64,000 nucleotides of DNA from an uncultured Candidatus Saccharibacteria bacterium (GTDB lineage: Bacteria; Patescibacteriota; Saccharimonadia; Saccharimonadales; JACQNP01): contig CAZSZC010000002.1 of assembly GCA_964610775.1 (NCBI GenBank), forward strand, positions 33,600 to 97,599, in the 5' to 3' direction. Made by a program: the position numbers and the translations under genes. The notes under the pieces are model-generated. The model was not told the origin of the DNA. It saw nothing but the letters and a program-made list of their open reading frames with translations, and made no database searches. Below, piece by piece: positions 48,193 to 57,231 of this stretch. Position 1 is the stretch's first letter; each line of letters starts with the position of its first letter.

Positions 48193-48612
48193 ATGTCTAG
48201 TCAATCATTTATACTTAACAAAATATTAAGAAACAAGGGCTTTAGTAATACTGTTGTTCGTCAAAATATCTTTGAATCACTTCAAGGTAAAGAACCCTTA
48301 ACTATACAAAATATAATATCCTCAAACCCAACAATAGATCGAGCAAGTGTATATAGAACTATTGACCTATTTGAAAAGATTGGGGTTGTACAGAGGTTAC
48401 AGATTGGCTGGAAGTATAAAATCGAATTGACTGATCAGTTTCACGCTCATCATCACCACGTAGTTTGCATAGTTTGCGGTCGCATTGATAACTTCTCCGA
48501 ACCAGATTATGTAGAAACTAATGTTATGCGAGCCGCCAGTAAGCTAGGCTATAAACCAACTAGTCATCAGTTAGAAATACGTGGTCTTTGTCCAGATTGT
48601 CAAACTAAATGA
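48193..48612 (+). CDS. Fur-family regulator, probably Zur
   Basis: DRASVYRTIDLF, HHHHVVCIVCG, CPDC; divergent from the ZIP transporter. Start ATG 48193. Confidence 0.88.
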   Translation: MSSQSFILNKILRNKGFSNTVVRQNIFESLQGKEPLTIQNIISSNPTIDRASVYRTIDLFEKIGVVQRLQIGWKYKIELTDQFHAHHHHVVCIVCGRIDNFSEPDYVETNVMRAASKLGYKPTSHQLEIRGLCPDCQTK

Positions 48613-48663
48613 CCCCGAGCTACTGCTCAGGGTCTTATATGGAAGTCTCTCACTTCCATATAA
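48611..48663 (+). terminator. Tandem hairpins after the Fur-family gene
   Basis: GACCC.GAGC-TACT-GCTC.GGGTC followed by a perfect 12-bp stem TTATATGGAAGT-CTCTC-ACTTCCATATAA (48635-48663). Confidence 0.5.
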
Positions 48664-48710
48664 AGCATAACCTAAATAATTTATCGGTACAAGCTATAAT
48701 TGAATAAAAT

Positions 48711-49592
48711 ATGAAACCCTATAGTCCAGTAATAATTATCTATAATCCAATGAGTACAAGTGGTAAGGCTAAGGCTAAAGCCTCTAGATTACAAAAGCAA
48801 TTAATCAGAAGGAAGTATAAAGATGTCAGATTACTAGAATCAGAGTACCCGGGCCACAGTGAAGTTATCGCATACGAAACAACCAAAGAATACAAGCGAC
48901 CACTAATTATTTCAGTTAGTGGCGACGGGGGCTACAACGAAGTAATTAATGGGGCACTAAGAGCAGAGATAGAAACTCCTGGGCATCAGGCAATTTGTGC
49001 TATTGTTGCAGCTGGCAACGCTAATGATCATCGTCGAGCGACTGCTATAAGACCTATGATATGGGCGATTACTCACGTAAAGCCTGAACCAATAGATGTG
49101 CTTAGGATTCAGTATGGCAAAGTTACTCGTTATGCACATTCTTATATTGGCATAGGTATTACAGGGGAAACCGTGGCACAGCTAAATCGTGAAAAATTAA
49201 CACGCTGGAAAGAAATCAAAATTGTAACTAGAAATCTGCTCAACTTCCAACATTTCACGATCCAAACTCCTGAGAGGACTAGAGAGATTGATAGTTTAGT
49301 CTTCGCAAACATACACCGCATGTCAAAAATAATAAGAGTTAACACTCGCACTGATTTACATGACGGATTATTTAACTTTGTGCTAATACCCCACCGAACT
49401 CGTTTGAAATTTTTATTCATACTCATTGGAATAGTAGTATTTGGCGTAAAGAACCCTGTGCTCTTAAGTTCATATCAATTTACCCTACCAAAGCCACAGT
49501 TAGCCCAGCTCGATGGTGAAGCAATTGCTTTGCCAGCAAAAACCATAATTAAAGTCGATGTTCTTAATGAAGCGCTCCTTACTGTCCGCTAG
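48711..49592 (+). CDS. Diacylglycerol kinase-family (YegS/DgkB-like) lipid kinase
   Basis: IYNPMS..G, SGDGGYNEVING, AGNAND, QLDGE. Confidence 0.85.
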   Translation: MKPYSPVIIIYNPMSTSGKAKAKASRLQKQLIRRKYKDVRLLESEYPGHSEVIAYETTKEYKRPLIISVSGDGGYNEVINGALRAEIETPGHQAICAIVAAGNANDHRRATAIRPMIWAITHVKPEPIDVLRIQYGKVTRYAHSYIGIGITGETVAQLNREKLTRWKEIKIVTRNLLNFQHFTIQTPERTREIDSLVFANIHRMSKIIRVNTRTDLHDGLFNFVLIPHRTRLKFLFILIGIVVFGVKNPVLLSSYQFTLPKPQLAQLDGEAIALPAKTIIKVDVLNEALLTVR

Positions 49593-49974
49593 TTCTTTCA
49601 TTACGTTCTAAAGAGTGAATTCTGTTATGATCAAGTCCAAAATAGTGCGCCACTTCATGCCATAAAGTGCGGCCAATCTTATCACGTAGACCATCAATAC
49701 TGTCTGCGGCTGATTCGAGCGGCAACTTAAAAAGCGTTATCTTGTCCGGTAGCACTAGGTTGTAGCCTGCACCTCTTTTTGTCAGCGGAATGCCCTCATA
49801 CAACCCGAACAATGTTTGATTACAATGTAATTTTAGATTTTTGCGCTGTTCCTCGGTTGGCTCGTTTTCCCAAAAAATACCAACATTATCCATCCTTTTT
49901 GCGTACTTATCTGGAATATTATCAATAGCCTGTACTAACAATTCCTCAAATTTATCATCAGAAACTTTAATCAT
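49579..49974 (-). CDS. Minimal zincin metallopeptidase (Zincin_1)
   Basis: LFGLYEGIPLT.R, PDKITLF, HEVAHYFG. Confidence 0.88.
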   Translation of the reverse strand: MIKVSDDKFEELLVQAIDNIPDKYAKRMDNVGIFWENEPTEEQRKNLKLHCNQTLFGLYEGIPLTKRGAGYNLVLPDKITLFKLPLESAADSIDGLRDKIGRTLWHEVAHYFGLDHNRIHSLERNERTSGQ

Positions 49975-49989
49975 AAATTTTTATATTCT

Positions 49990-50868
49990 TCAGCTCTTGA
50001 ACTTTCGGTAAGAGGCGTCGGTGATACTAATTCTAAATACCACAAATGATCCCTCTTGAATTTTGGTTACTGGTGTTGTTGATTTGTTATCTTTATATTG
50101 TCGTTCTTTGGTTAGTAAACTAAATACCTGATTGGTCACCGCTACGTCTGTAACCACTGAAGCCAGTCCACTAACTTGTAAAGATTGTAGGGAATACTCG
50201 TCAAAAATAGTCAAAGCAACCTGTGGGTGCTGTAACATATTACGCGCCTTACTTGTTTCAGACTTGGTCAATATATATAACTGATCATCTGGGTCGCAAA
50301 GATAATACACAGTTGCGCCGCATACATTACCTGTTCGATCTATAGTTGATAACACACCTATGGTATTAGTTTGTAAAAAACTTCGAGCAGGGTTGTCAAG
50401 TTCATAAGGTTTTGCCAAAGGTTGCCATGAAGCATCAAAGCTATCTGGAGCTTCTTTGTTCCTAACTGAGTTTGACTGCTCTAACTGCTTAGATTCTAAA
50501 TAATTAACAAACTTATTTGCCTGTTTATTATTTACAAACCTTAGGTTATATTCACCAACCCTTGTATGAACAATAATATTAGAAAACAACCCTTGCGTAT
50601 GATGCATAACCCCCGAAACAACATCATAACTAATCTCATCAATGGATGAATAGAACGATTTGCAATCAAGAAATAATAGTCGTTTATCTGTTGCAACCAG
50701 CATAACCGCTCCAGTAGCAGAACGACCGTTTATAGCTGCACCTATATGTTCATCGTCATGTATTACCTGCGGCAACCGTCGCGTTTCGTTCTTTGTTAAT
50801 GAATAACGCGTCAATCCTGCAGACAGTAATTCTTTCTTGACTCGTCGTTTATGATCCTGCTCAGTCAT
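49990..50868 (-). CDS. Bacterial PH domain fused to a pyridoxamine-5'-phosphate-oxidase-like (split-barrel flavin-binding) domain
   Basis: N-half LVATDKRLLFLD (bPH). C-half GVLSTID, LYILT...TSKARNM..HPQVAL, LQVSGLA. Confidence 0.75.
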   Translation of the reverse strand: MTEQDHKRRVKKELLSAGLTRYSLTKNETRRLPQVIHDDEHIGAAINGRSATGAVMLVATDKRLLFLDCKSFYSSIDEISYDVVSGVMHHTQGLFSNIIVHTRVGEYNLRFVNNKQANKFVNYLESKQLEQSNSVRNKEAPDSFDASWQPLAKPYELDNPARSFLQTNTIGVLSTIDRTGNVCGATVYYLCDPDDQLYILTKSETSKARNMLQHPQVALTIFDEYSLQSLQVSGLASVVTDVAVTNQVFSLLTKERQYKDNKSTTPVTKIQEGSFVVFRISITDASYRKFKS

Positions 50869-51005
50869 AATACTACCTCTTAGTTAATATTATACGCTGC
50901 TTGCGATATGCAAACTATTAATCGCACAATTATTATTTTAACCTACAGCTAATTGATGTCGCGGAGTATAATTAGTAGTGTAGAAATAACAAAGAGGAGG
51001 ATTAT

Positions 51006-51419
51006 ATGAAAGGACCTATTGATTACATTGTTGTCGGCTTTGATGGCAATAAGTTTGATGGCAGTATACTCAAGGCAATAGGTGATGCCATAGAAAGTGG
51101 AACCATCGGTTTGGTAGCATTATCAGTAGTTATTAAAGACAGTAATGACCAAGTGACCTCACTAGATATTGCAGCATCAGGCGATGATTATATTGTTGAT
51201 TTTGTTGAAAAATACAAGCCAAATAATGACCTAATCAGCATGGAAGATGTCGATGAAGTAGCCGAATTATTAGAACCCAATACTAGTGCCGGATTCTTAG
51301 TAATTGAGCATTTATGGGCTAAGCCACTCAAAAAGGCCATTATCGATGCCAATGGATTTTTAGTTGCTGAAGGACGCATACATCCTGAAGCATTAAACGA
51401 ACTTGATAAGGAGGACTAA
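51006..51419 (+). CDS. DUF6325-like protein
   Basis: GPIDYIVVGFDG..F.G.I, L.P.TSA..LVIEHLWA, GRI; strong GAGGAGG SD. Confidence 0.75.
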   Translation: MKGPIDYIVVGFDGNKFDGSILKAIGDAIESGTIGLVALSVVIKDSNDQVTSLDIAASGDDYIVDFVEKYKPNNDLISMEDVDEVAELLEPNTSAGFLVIEHLWAKPLKKAIIDANGFLVAEGRIHPEALNELDKED

Positions 51420-51422
51420 ACC

Positions 51423-51689
51423 ATGCCAGGACTACTAAGAGGTATGGCTCGTACAGCCGTCATAGCCGGAACTGCTACAGCGGTTTCAAATAATGTAAGT
51501 CGCCGACAGGCACAAAGATGGGCCGCAGATGAGCAGCCTACTGAGGCCGCTCCGTCGCCACAGCAAGCCGTTCCGGCCAACGAAGATCCTGCAGTTGCTC
51601 AATTACAGCAGTTGGCACAACTAAAAGAACAGGGCATTTTGACAGAGGAAGAATTTGACGCAAAGAAGAAGCAGATCCTAGGTATCTAA
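51423..51689 (+). CDS. SHOCT-domain protein
   Basis: MPGLLRGMARTAVIAGTATAV and C-terminal LQQLAQLKEQGILTEEEFDAKKKQIL. Confidence 0.88.
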   Translation: MPGLLRGMARTAVIAGTATAVSNNVSRRQAQRWAADEQPTEAAPSPQQAVPANEDPAVAQLQQLAQLKEQGILTEEEFDAKKKQILGI

Positions 51690-51706
51690 CTTCCCTATTA
51701 GTCAAT

Positions 51707-51739
51707 ATTAAGAAACACACCAATGGTGTGTTTCTTAAT
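51707..51739. terminator. Bidirectional intrinsic terminator
   Basis: Perfect inverted repeat ATTAAGAAACACACCA-A-TGGTGTGTTTCTTAAT between the convergent SHOCT and MFS genes. Confidence 0.75.
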
Positions 51740-53363
51740 TAGATGACTTAATAACTTTGTCTGGAATAGACTTAGAAAGCATAATAGATAAAAGTGTGAT
51801 TATAATTAGAACAAATATTGCTCTTTTCAGGCCAAAAAGTTGTGATGATTCGTAATCAGAGCTAAGTTGAGAAGCTTGCTGTTCGGATAAGCCATTACTA
51901 AGTGCACTTTGTTCAACACTTGCAGCTGAAACTATAGGCACGCCAGTTTGTTGTGCTTTTTCAGAAATCGAGGATTTTACGTTATCTGGAAGTGACGGAT
52001 TATTTGTGATCGAACTCATAAAACTACTTGTTAATGCCAAGACCATCATAGAACCTATCAGTGCTGTACCAAATGATGATCCAAGATTTTGGAAAGTCCC
52101 ACTCAGCCCACCAACCTCACTTGATTTTGACTCGTCAACGGCCGACATATTAACGGCGCCTAGTTGAGACGCCAGAAGACCAAGTCCGGCACCAACAGCA
52201 AACATTGATAACGCAAATGCATAGCCCGTTAATTCTGGATCGATAGCCGCCAGCAAGCAAACCGAACCAATAACCAACAACCACTGACCAACACGTACAA
52301 TTTGTTTTGGCGTTTTCCTATTAACCATTTTCGAGCCAAGAATGGAGAATATAATTAAGGCCACAGACAGTGGGAATATCTTTATTCCGGTTTTAAGAGC
52401 ATCAAGTCCGAGAACCATTTGAAGGTAAATAGGTACAACAAAGAAGACGGCCGCAGTGACAACATATTGTGACATTAGTACTACTAGACCCGATTGTAGT
52501 TGAGCAATTTTAAGCATCGATACTTGCACTAGAGGATTGCGCTTCAAGTTCTCGAGCTTAGTTTGACGATCAATGAAAAGTTTCATTACAAATAAACCGC
52601 CAATTATTAGATACGCAACGATTGATATGCCAAGCGGCGCTATTGAATGACCATTAATTGAAGGTTTTGCCATCGGAGTTATCCAACCCCAAGTTTTACT
52701 TTGCAGCATCCCATATACCAACAAAACCATACCAGTAACTGATAGAAAAACGCTCGGGAGATCAATCTTAATCTTTAAGGGTTTCGATGTGTCTTCGAAT
52801 CGGCGTGACATTATAAGGACGAATAGCATCACGATTGTTTCAGCAATAAACACATATCTCCAAGATAAATAAGTGGTCATAAAACCACCGATTAACGGTC
52901 CGGCAGCGGCTGCTGCTCCGCTAATACCGCCAATTATGGCGTATGCTACGACCCGATCTTTACCCTTGTAGTTTATAGCAATTAAGGCTACAATAGCAGG
53001 AATAACCAAAACAGCACCCAATCCTTCTATGATAGACCAGCCTAAGAAAAGTGTAGTTATATTTGGGCTTAGTCCTGTCAGTAACGAACCAATGCCGTAA
53101 ACTACCGAACCTATTACAAAAGCACGTAATAGTCCCCATTTAGCACAAAGCTTAGCCCCAAGTAACATAAATGCTGCCATCGTCAGAGTATAAAATGTAA
53201 TCGCCGACTGTAACGCACTGACTGTTGTATTTAAGTCTTGGACAACTTTAGATATTGAAACATTCATAACGGTACTATCAAGAACCATAACAAATTGAGC
53301 TAATGCTAGGATTGCTACTACCAACCACTTACTCTTCTGGTTTGATTTAGACATTGGTTTCAT
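51735..53363 (-). CDS. MFS transporter, DHA2/EmrB-like (14 TM)
   Basis: AQFVMVLDSTVMNVSI, GPLIGG..TTYLSWR and many TM segments. Confidence 0.9.
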   Translation of the reverse strand: MKPMSKSNQKSKWLVVAILALAQFVMVLDSTVMNVSISKVVQDLNTTVSALQSAITFYTLTMAAFMLLGAKLCAKWGLLRAFVIGSVVYGIGSLLTGLSPNITTLFLGWSIIEGLGAVLVIPAIVALIAINYKGKDRVVAYAIIGGISGAAAAAGPLIGGFMTTYLSWRYVFIAETIVMLFVLIMSRRFEDTSKPLKIKIDLPSVFLSVTGMVLLVYGMLQSKTWGWITPMAKPSINGHSIAPLGISIVAYLIIGGLFVMKLFIDRQTKLENLKRNPLVQVSMLKIAQLQSGLVVLMSQYVVTAAVFFVVPIYLQMVLGLDALKTGIKIFPLSVALIIFSILGSKMVNRKTPKQIVRVGQWLLVIGSVCLLAAIDPELTGYAFALSMFAVGAGLGLLASQLGAVNMSAVDESKSSEVGGLSGTFQNLGSSFGTALIGSMMVLALTSSFMSSITNNPSLPDNVKSSISEKAQQTGVPIVSAASVEQSALSNGLSEQQASQLSSDYESSQLFGLKRAIFVLIIITLLSIMLSKSIPDKVIKSSN

Positions 53364-53369
53364 TATATA

Positions 53370-54056
53370 TCAATAAGATCCCTTAGAGAATGGTGACGCA
53401 TATTGAATGCTATTAAAAATTAAACGCGCTTGGTCGAGAGCATGCTCGCGATCAACTGATTGATCAAACATGCCAAATGGTAGTGCTGTGATTTCGCATC
53501 CCGCAATCTTGGCATCAACCTCTACTATAGGTGTATACGGGCTTTTATTTATGAAATATAGCTCTCCGTCTTCCTGTTCGAAAGCGGCACTATAGGTTTT
53601 ATCACTATGCCTTCGCCCGTGCTGAGATTGGTCAAATGCGTCCACCGCATCAACAAAATATTGTGCATCGCCAAAATGATCAACCGTAATATCACGCGTA
53701 ATCATACATCCTGGACATACAATGTTTTCATAGAAACGAATTAACGGCGGTTCTATTTTTGATCTGTCGCTAGCAACATCCATAGTTACTAGAGTCTCGG
53801 CACTTTCCCACCAATTATCATTTTCTGTATTTTCATTGGGGAAACTTCTAAACATCAGCCAGGTGTGATTACCCTCCAAATTATTTCGCTGAAACATATT
53901 AATAACATCGGCCCTGAAAACAGCTACTTGATCCTGAAAAGCTGATTCTATCAATGCCAGATTATTGGAAATTAGTTTACGCATTGCAAAATGCGACTCA
54001 CTCAATTCATGAATTGAAGTTATGCTTCTAGGGGTCATAGTTGCTATTGTTGTCAT
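53370..54056 (-). CDS. Hypothetical protein
   Basis: Long ORF with likely ATG at 54056; contains a single CPGC; no family recognised. Confidence 0.6.
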   Translation of the reverse strand: MTTIATMTPRSITSIHELSESHFAMRKLISNNLALIESAFQDQVAVFRADVINMFQRNNLEGNHTWLMFRSFPNENTENDNWWESAETLVTMDVASDRSKIEPPLIRFYENIVCPGCMITRDITVDHFGDAQYFVDAVDAFDQSQHGRRHSDKTYSAAFEQEDGELYFINKSPYTPIVEVDAKIAGCEITALPFGMFDQSVDREHALDQARLIFNSIQYASPFSKGSY

Positions 54057-54157
54057 AATTGGAAAAGAATGCAAGCTATACCACTATATTGACTCCTTAG
54101 TGTGATGCTTCTACAATCAGGCTTATAAACATAAGCAATACGCGTCGGAGGGATATA

Positions 54158-54934
54158 ATGAAACGTAAACACGATCAACGCGGAGCTTTGAGCCCCGTAC
54201 TCATTGTAGTAATTGTTATAGTTATAGGAGTTATTGGTTTCGCTGGCTATAGTGTCTATAACAATAAGAAAAAAGATCAATCAACAACCTCCAACGCTAC
54301 TATCTCGAATGAAGTTAAGGAAGAAGTTAATGCAGCTTGTATAAAAGAAGTAAACGACAAGGATCTGTGTAAGTTCTTAAGCAACTGGGAGAATTCCAAG
54401 ACCTACAAAGCAACTATAATCAGTACAGATGCACAAGGCCAAAAGAATGTTATGAAACTTGAGGCTGATGGCGATAATACGTCAAGTACAGTTCTAGATA
54501 ACGACAAAGAGACATCTGCCTATATTAGCTTGAATAAGGTTTACTACATGAAGGACGAGGAAAAGGGAGTGTGGTACAAAATGCCAAGCACCCAAACGCC
54601 GGCAGCGACCGAAACTAACCCAGTTTCCAAGCTTAGCAATGAAACAAAAGAACCAGAGACGGCAGGTGAAACAAAAAACACCACAACATATAAGAAGATT
54701 GGCAAAGAAGCCTGTGGCAACAAAACATGTTTTAAGTATCAAATTATAGATACATCAGATAGTGAAACTGTTGAATCATACGTCTGGTTCAGTGATAGCG
54801 ACTACAAGTTAGTGCGTTGGTCAACCAAGTCCAAGGATGGCAGTACTAGTGACAGTAACTTTAGTTACGACAAAGTGACCATTGTCGCTCCAACACCAGT
54901 TCAGGACTATCAAATGCCTGATTTGCCTCAATAA
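54158..54934 (+). CDS. Exported protein with a prepilin-like (class III) N-terminus and a beta-rich, possibly LolA/LppX-like domain
   Basis: MKRKHDQRG|ALSPVLIVVIVIVIGVIGFAGY; later YKKIGKEACGNKTCFKYQI...YVWF...YKLVRW; GGAGG SD. Confidence 0.6.
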   Translation: MKRKHDQRGALSPVLIVVIVIVIGVIGFAGYSVYNNKKKDQSTTSNATISNEVKEEVNAACIKEVNDKDLCKFLSNWENSKTYKATIISTDAQGQKNVMKLEADGDNTSSTVLDNDKETSAYISLNKVYYMKDEEKGVWYKMPSTQTPAATETNPVSKLSNETKEPETAGETKNTTTYKKIGKEACGNKTCFKYQIIDTSDSETVESYVWFSDSDYKLVRWSTKSKDGSTSDSNFSYDKVTIVAPTPVQDYQMPDLPQ

Positions 54935-54944
54935 AGCATATACA

Positions 54945-54982
54945 AATAAATAACACCACCTTTTTAAGTGGTGTTATTTATT
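54945..54982. terminator. Bidirectional intrinsic terminator
   Basis: Perfect 15-bp stem AATAAATAACACCAC-N8-GTGGTGTTATTTATT between convergent genes. Confidence 0.8.
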
Positions 54983-54999
54983 ACTTACAAAATATATAG

Positions 55000-55263
55000 T
55001 TATTTACTTCTTGCCGAATAAAGGGCAAGTTTTCGACGAGCTGCGGCAATACTTGTAGACACAACAATTATGTATAGTAATCCAACTGTGCATGTTTCGA
55101 TCATACGACTATGGTTAGCAAATATGAGATAGCCACCACTTGCAATTGTTACAAATAACAAACTGTAAGAGGTCCTCAGTCGCAAAGTAGTAGGTTTGTT
55201 ATACAATGCCAATGTATAGATTACGCTGGTGATAGCAATAATTATGTGAATCAATAAAATCAT
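55000..55263 (-). CDS. Small 3-TM membrane protein
   Basis: Three hydrophobic segments; TATAAT (55271-55276) 7 nt upstream of ATG. Confidence 0.65.
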   Translation of the reverse strand: MILLIHIIIAITSVIYTLALYNKPTTLRLRTSYSLLFVTIASGGYLIFANHSRMIETCTVGLLYIIVVSTSIAAARRKLALYSARSK

Positions 55264-55286
55264 AAGCAGGATTATACACTATAGCT

Positions 55287-56141
55287 TCAAGGAATCCAGG
55301 AGTTTATAGACAATATTACACATAAACAAGTTAAAACGATCAGCGAAAAACCAAACATCTTACCTGCCCAAATACGCGTATCGACTACATTGTAGCCCTT
55401 AGCACTTCTATAAAACCATACCACTGACAGGCTGAGCATAACAATTAGATATGTAATCCCCGTATAGCCAAATATTGTTAGTAAAGGAACTGTTAAAGTA
55501 AAAACTATAATGTAGATGAGGATCCTCTTTTTAGTTACTTCCAGCCCCCTGCTTACAGGCAGAATTGGAATACGCGCCTTTTTATAATCTTTAAGTCTGA
55601 AAATACCAACTGCATAAAAATGTGGCATCTGCCAAAAAACTAACAGAAGAAATAGACACAGACTAGCGATGTCAAATCTTCCAGTAAAAGCACAATAACC
55701 TACAACCGGCGGGACTGCTCCTGAGATACTTCCTATTTCTGTACTAAAAACAGTAACGCGCTTGAAATATCCATAGACAATTACATACATAAAAAAACCA
55801 AAAAGTGCGAATATCGTAGCTAGGGTTGTCGTAAAATAACCCAGCATTACTGTTCCTATTATTAATAGAAAAAATGCAAATATTAGGGCGTTGACTACTG
55901 GTACACCACCGGTTGCCAGAGCTCTCTTACTCGTTCTAGACATCTTTTGATCAATATCTTTATCTATGTAGTTATTGCATACACAAGCGGAAGCTATTAT
56001 GCAGCCCAGACCAATTATTACGGCAACCAAAGACTTCCATTCAACATTACCTTGGGCGGCTAGTAGAAAACCAGCTATAGCGGTCATGGCATTACCGCGA
56101 ACAATTCCGGGCTTAGTTAGGCTAGTATATTCTTTCAACAT
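55287..56141 (-). CDS. cyoE: Protoheme IX farnesyltransferase (heme o synthase)
   Basis: LTKPGI, NNYIDKDIDQKMSRTSKR, GAVPPVVGY, WQMPHFYA, DY..A.IP.LP. Confidence 0.95.
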   Translation of the reverse strand: MLKEYTSLTKPGIVRGNAMTAIAGFLLAAQGNVEWKSLVAVIIGLGCIIASACVCNNYIDKDIDQKMSRTSKRALATGGVPVVNALIFAFFLLIIGTVMLGYFTTTLATIFALFGFFMYVIVYGYFKRVTVFSTEIGSISGAVPPVVGYCAFTGRFDIASLCLFLLLVFWQMPHFYAVGIFRLKDYKKARIPILPVSRGLEVTKKRILIYIIVFTLTVPLLTIFGYTGITYLIVMLSLSVVWFYRSAKGYNVVDTRIWAGKMFGFSLIVLTCLCVILSINSWIP

Positions 56142-56325
56142 ACTTACTAAACGAACACAGCAACATTGGTAATAGATTTAGCTTTGGCAATCCCACTATT
56201 ATAGCAGTAATATTCTTATGTTAATTGGCTGCTTGGTGTGGTGAAGTAAGAGATTATGTTATGTCAATCTGGGCTATGCTATAGTTACTATTATGGTTAC
56301 GGTTACATATTAATGGAGCCAAGTA

Positions 56326-57231
56326 TTGTCACGAAGTAGTAAAAAATCTAGATCTTCTTTGATCGTAGCAGTTGCTATGTCGATGCTGATTTGTTTTGTG
56401 CTTATTTTACAAGCTCTTCTTCGCGGCAAAAATGTTGCCTTACTTAACCCCAAGGGTCTAATCGCACAACAACAACACAACCTTCTGGTTTTTTCAGTAA
56501 TTTTACTTCTTACGATCGCTATACCAACACTTATTTTTCTTTATTCTACCGCTTGGAAATACCGTGATTCAAGCCCGAGAGCTATACATAATCCAGCTAA
56601 CAATCGTAGCAAATTACTTGTATTAAGCATGTGGCTACTGCCAACCATATTTATGCTTATTCTTGCCAGCGTCATGATACCGGCAACACATAAACTGTCA
56701 CCTCAAAAAACAATTGCCACCGACACCGAACCATTAACAATACAGGTAATATCATTACGCTGGAAATGGTTATTTATCTATCCTGATCAGAAAATTGCAA
56801 CGATTAACTTTGTGCAAGTTCCAATAAACACTCCTGTAACGTTTGAACTAACTGCGGATGAAACTCCCATGAGTTCATTCTGGATCCCAAATATCGGTGG
56901 ACAGTTATACTCGATGACCGGACATGTAAATAGACTAAACCTTATGGCAGAGAAAGCCGGCGATTACACAGGAAGTACAGCAGAAATAAACGGTGCTGGC
57001 TTTGCTGGTATGAGGTTTACAACCCGCGCCAGCAATAACGAAGACTTCGATCATTGGGTCGAAGAAGTAAAGAAGTCTCCTGATATTCTAGACAATGATA
57101 CTTATAGCAACTTGTTGAAACCCAGCGAGAACAATAAGACCGCTTTCTACTCTAATTATAAGGGTGATTTATATGATAAAGTGGTTATGAAATACTCAGA
57201 ACCGAGCGAAGGGCATATGCATCACGAATGA
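56326..57231 (+). CDS. cyoA: Cytochrome bo3-type quinol oxidase subunit II
   Basis: LLNPKG.IA, AWKYR, WKWLFIYP, SFWIP.IGGQLYSM, GAGFAGMRF. No CuA ligands, as expected for the quinol type. TTG start with GGAG SD. Confidence 0.93.
   Translation: MSRSSKKSRSSLIVAVAMSMLICFVLILQALLRGKNVALLNPKGLIAQQQHNLLVFSVILLLTIAIPTLIFLYSTAWKYRDSSPRAIHNPANNRSKLLVLSMWLLPTIFMLILASVMIPATHKLSPQKTIATDTEPLTIQVISLRWKWLFIYPDQKIATINFVQVPINTPVTFELTADETPMSSFWIPNIGGQLYSMTGHVNRLNLMAEKAGDYTGSTAEINGAGFAGMRFTTRASNNEDFDHWVEEVKKSPDILDNDTYSNLLKPSENNKTAFYSNYKGDLYDKVVMKYSEPSEGHMHHE

Noticed and set aside
56250-56312. FNR/Rex-like operator or GTTAC repeats in the cyoE-cyoA spacer
   Set aside because: Only a half-site (GTCAA) and short repeats are present, which is not distinguishable from chance in AT-rich DNA.
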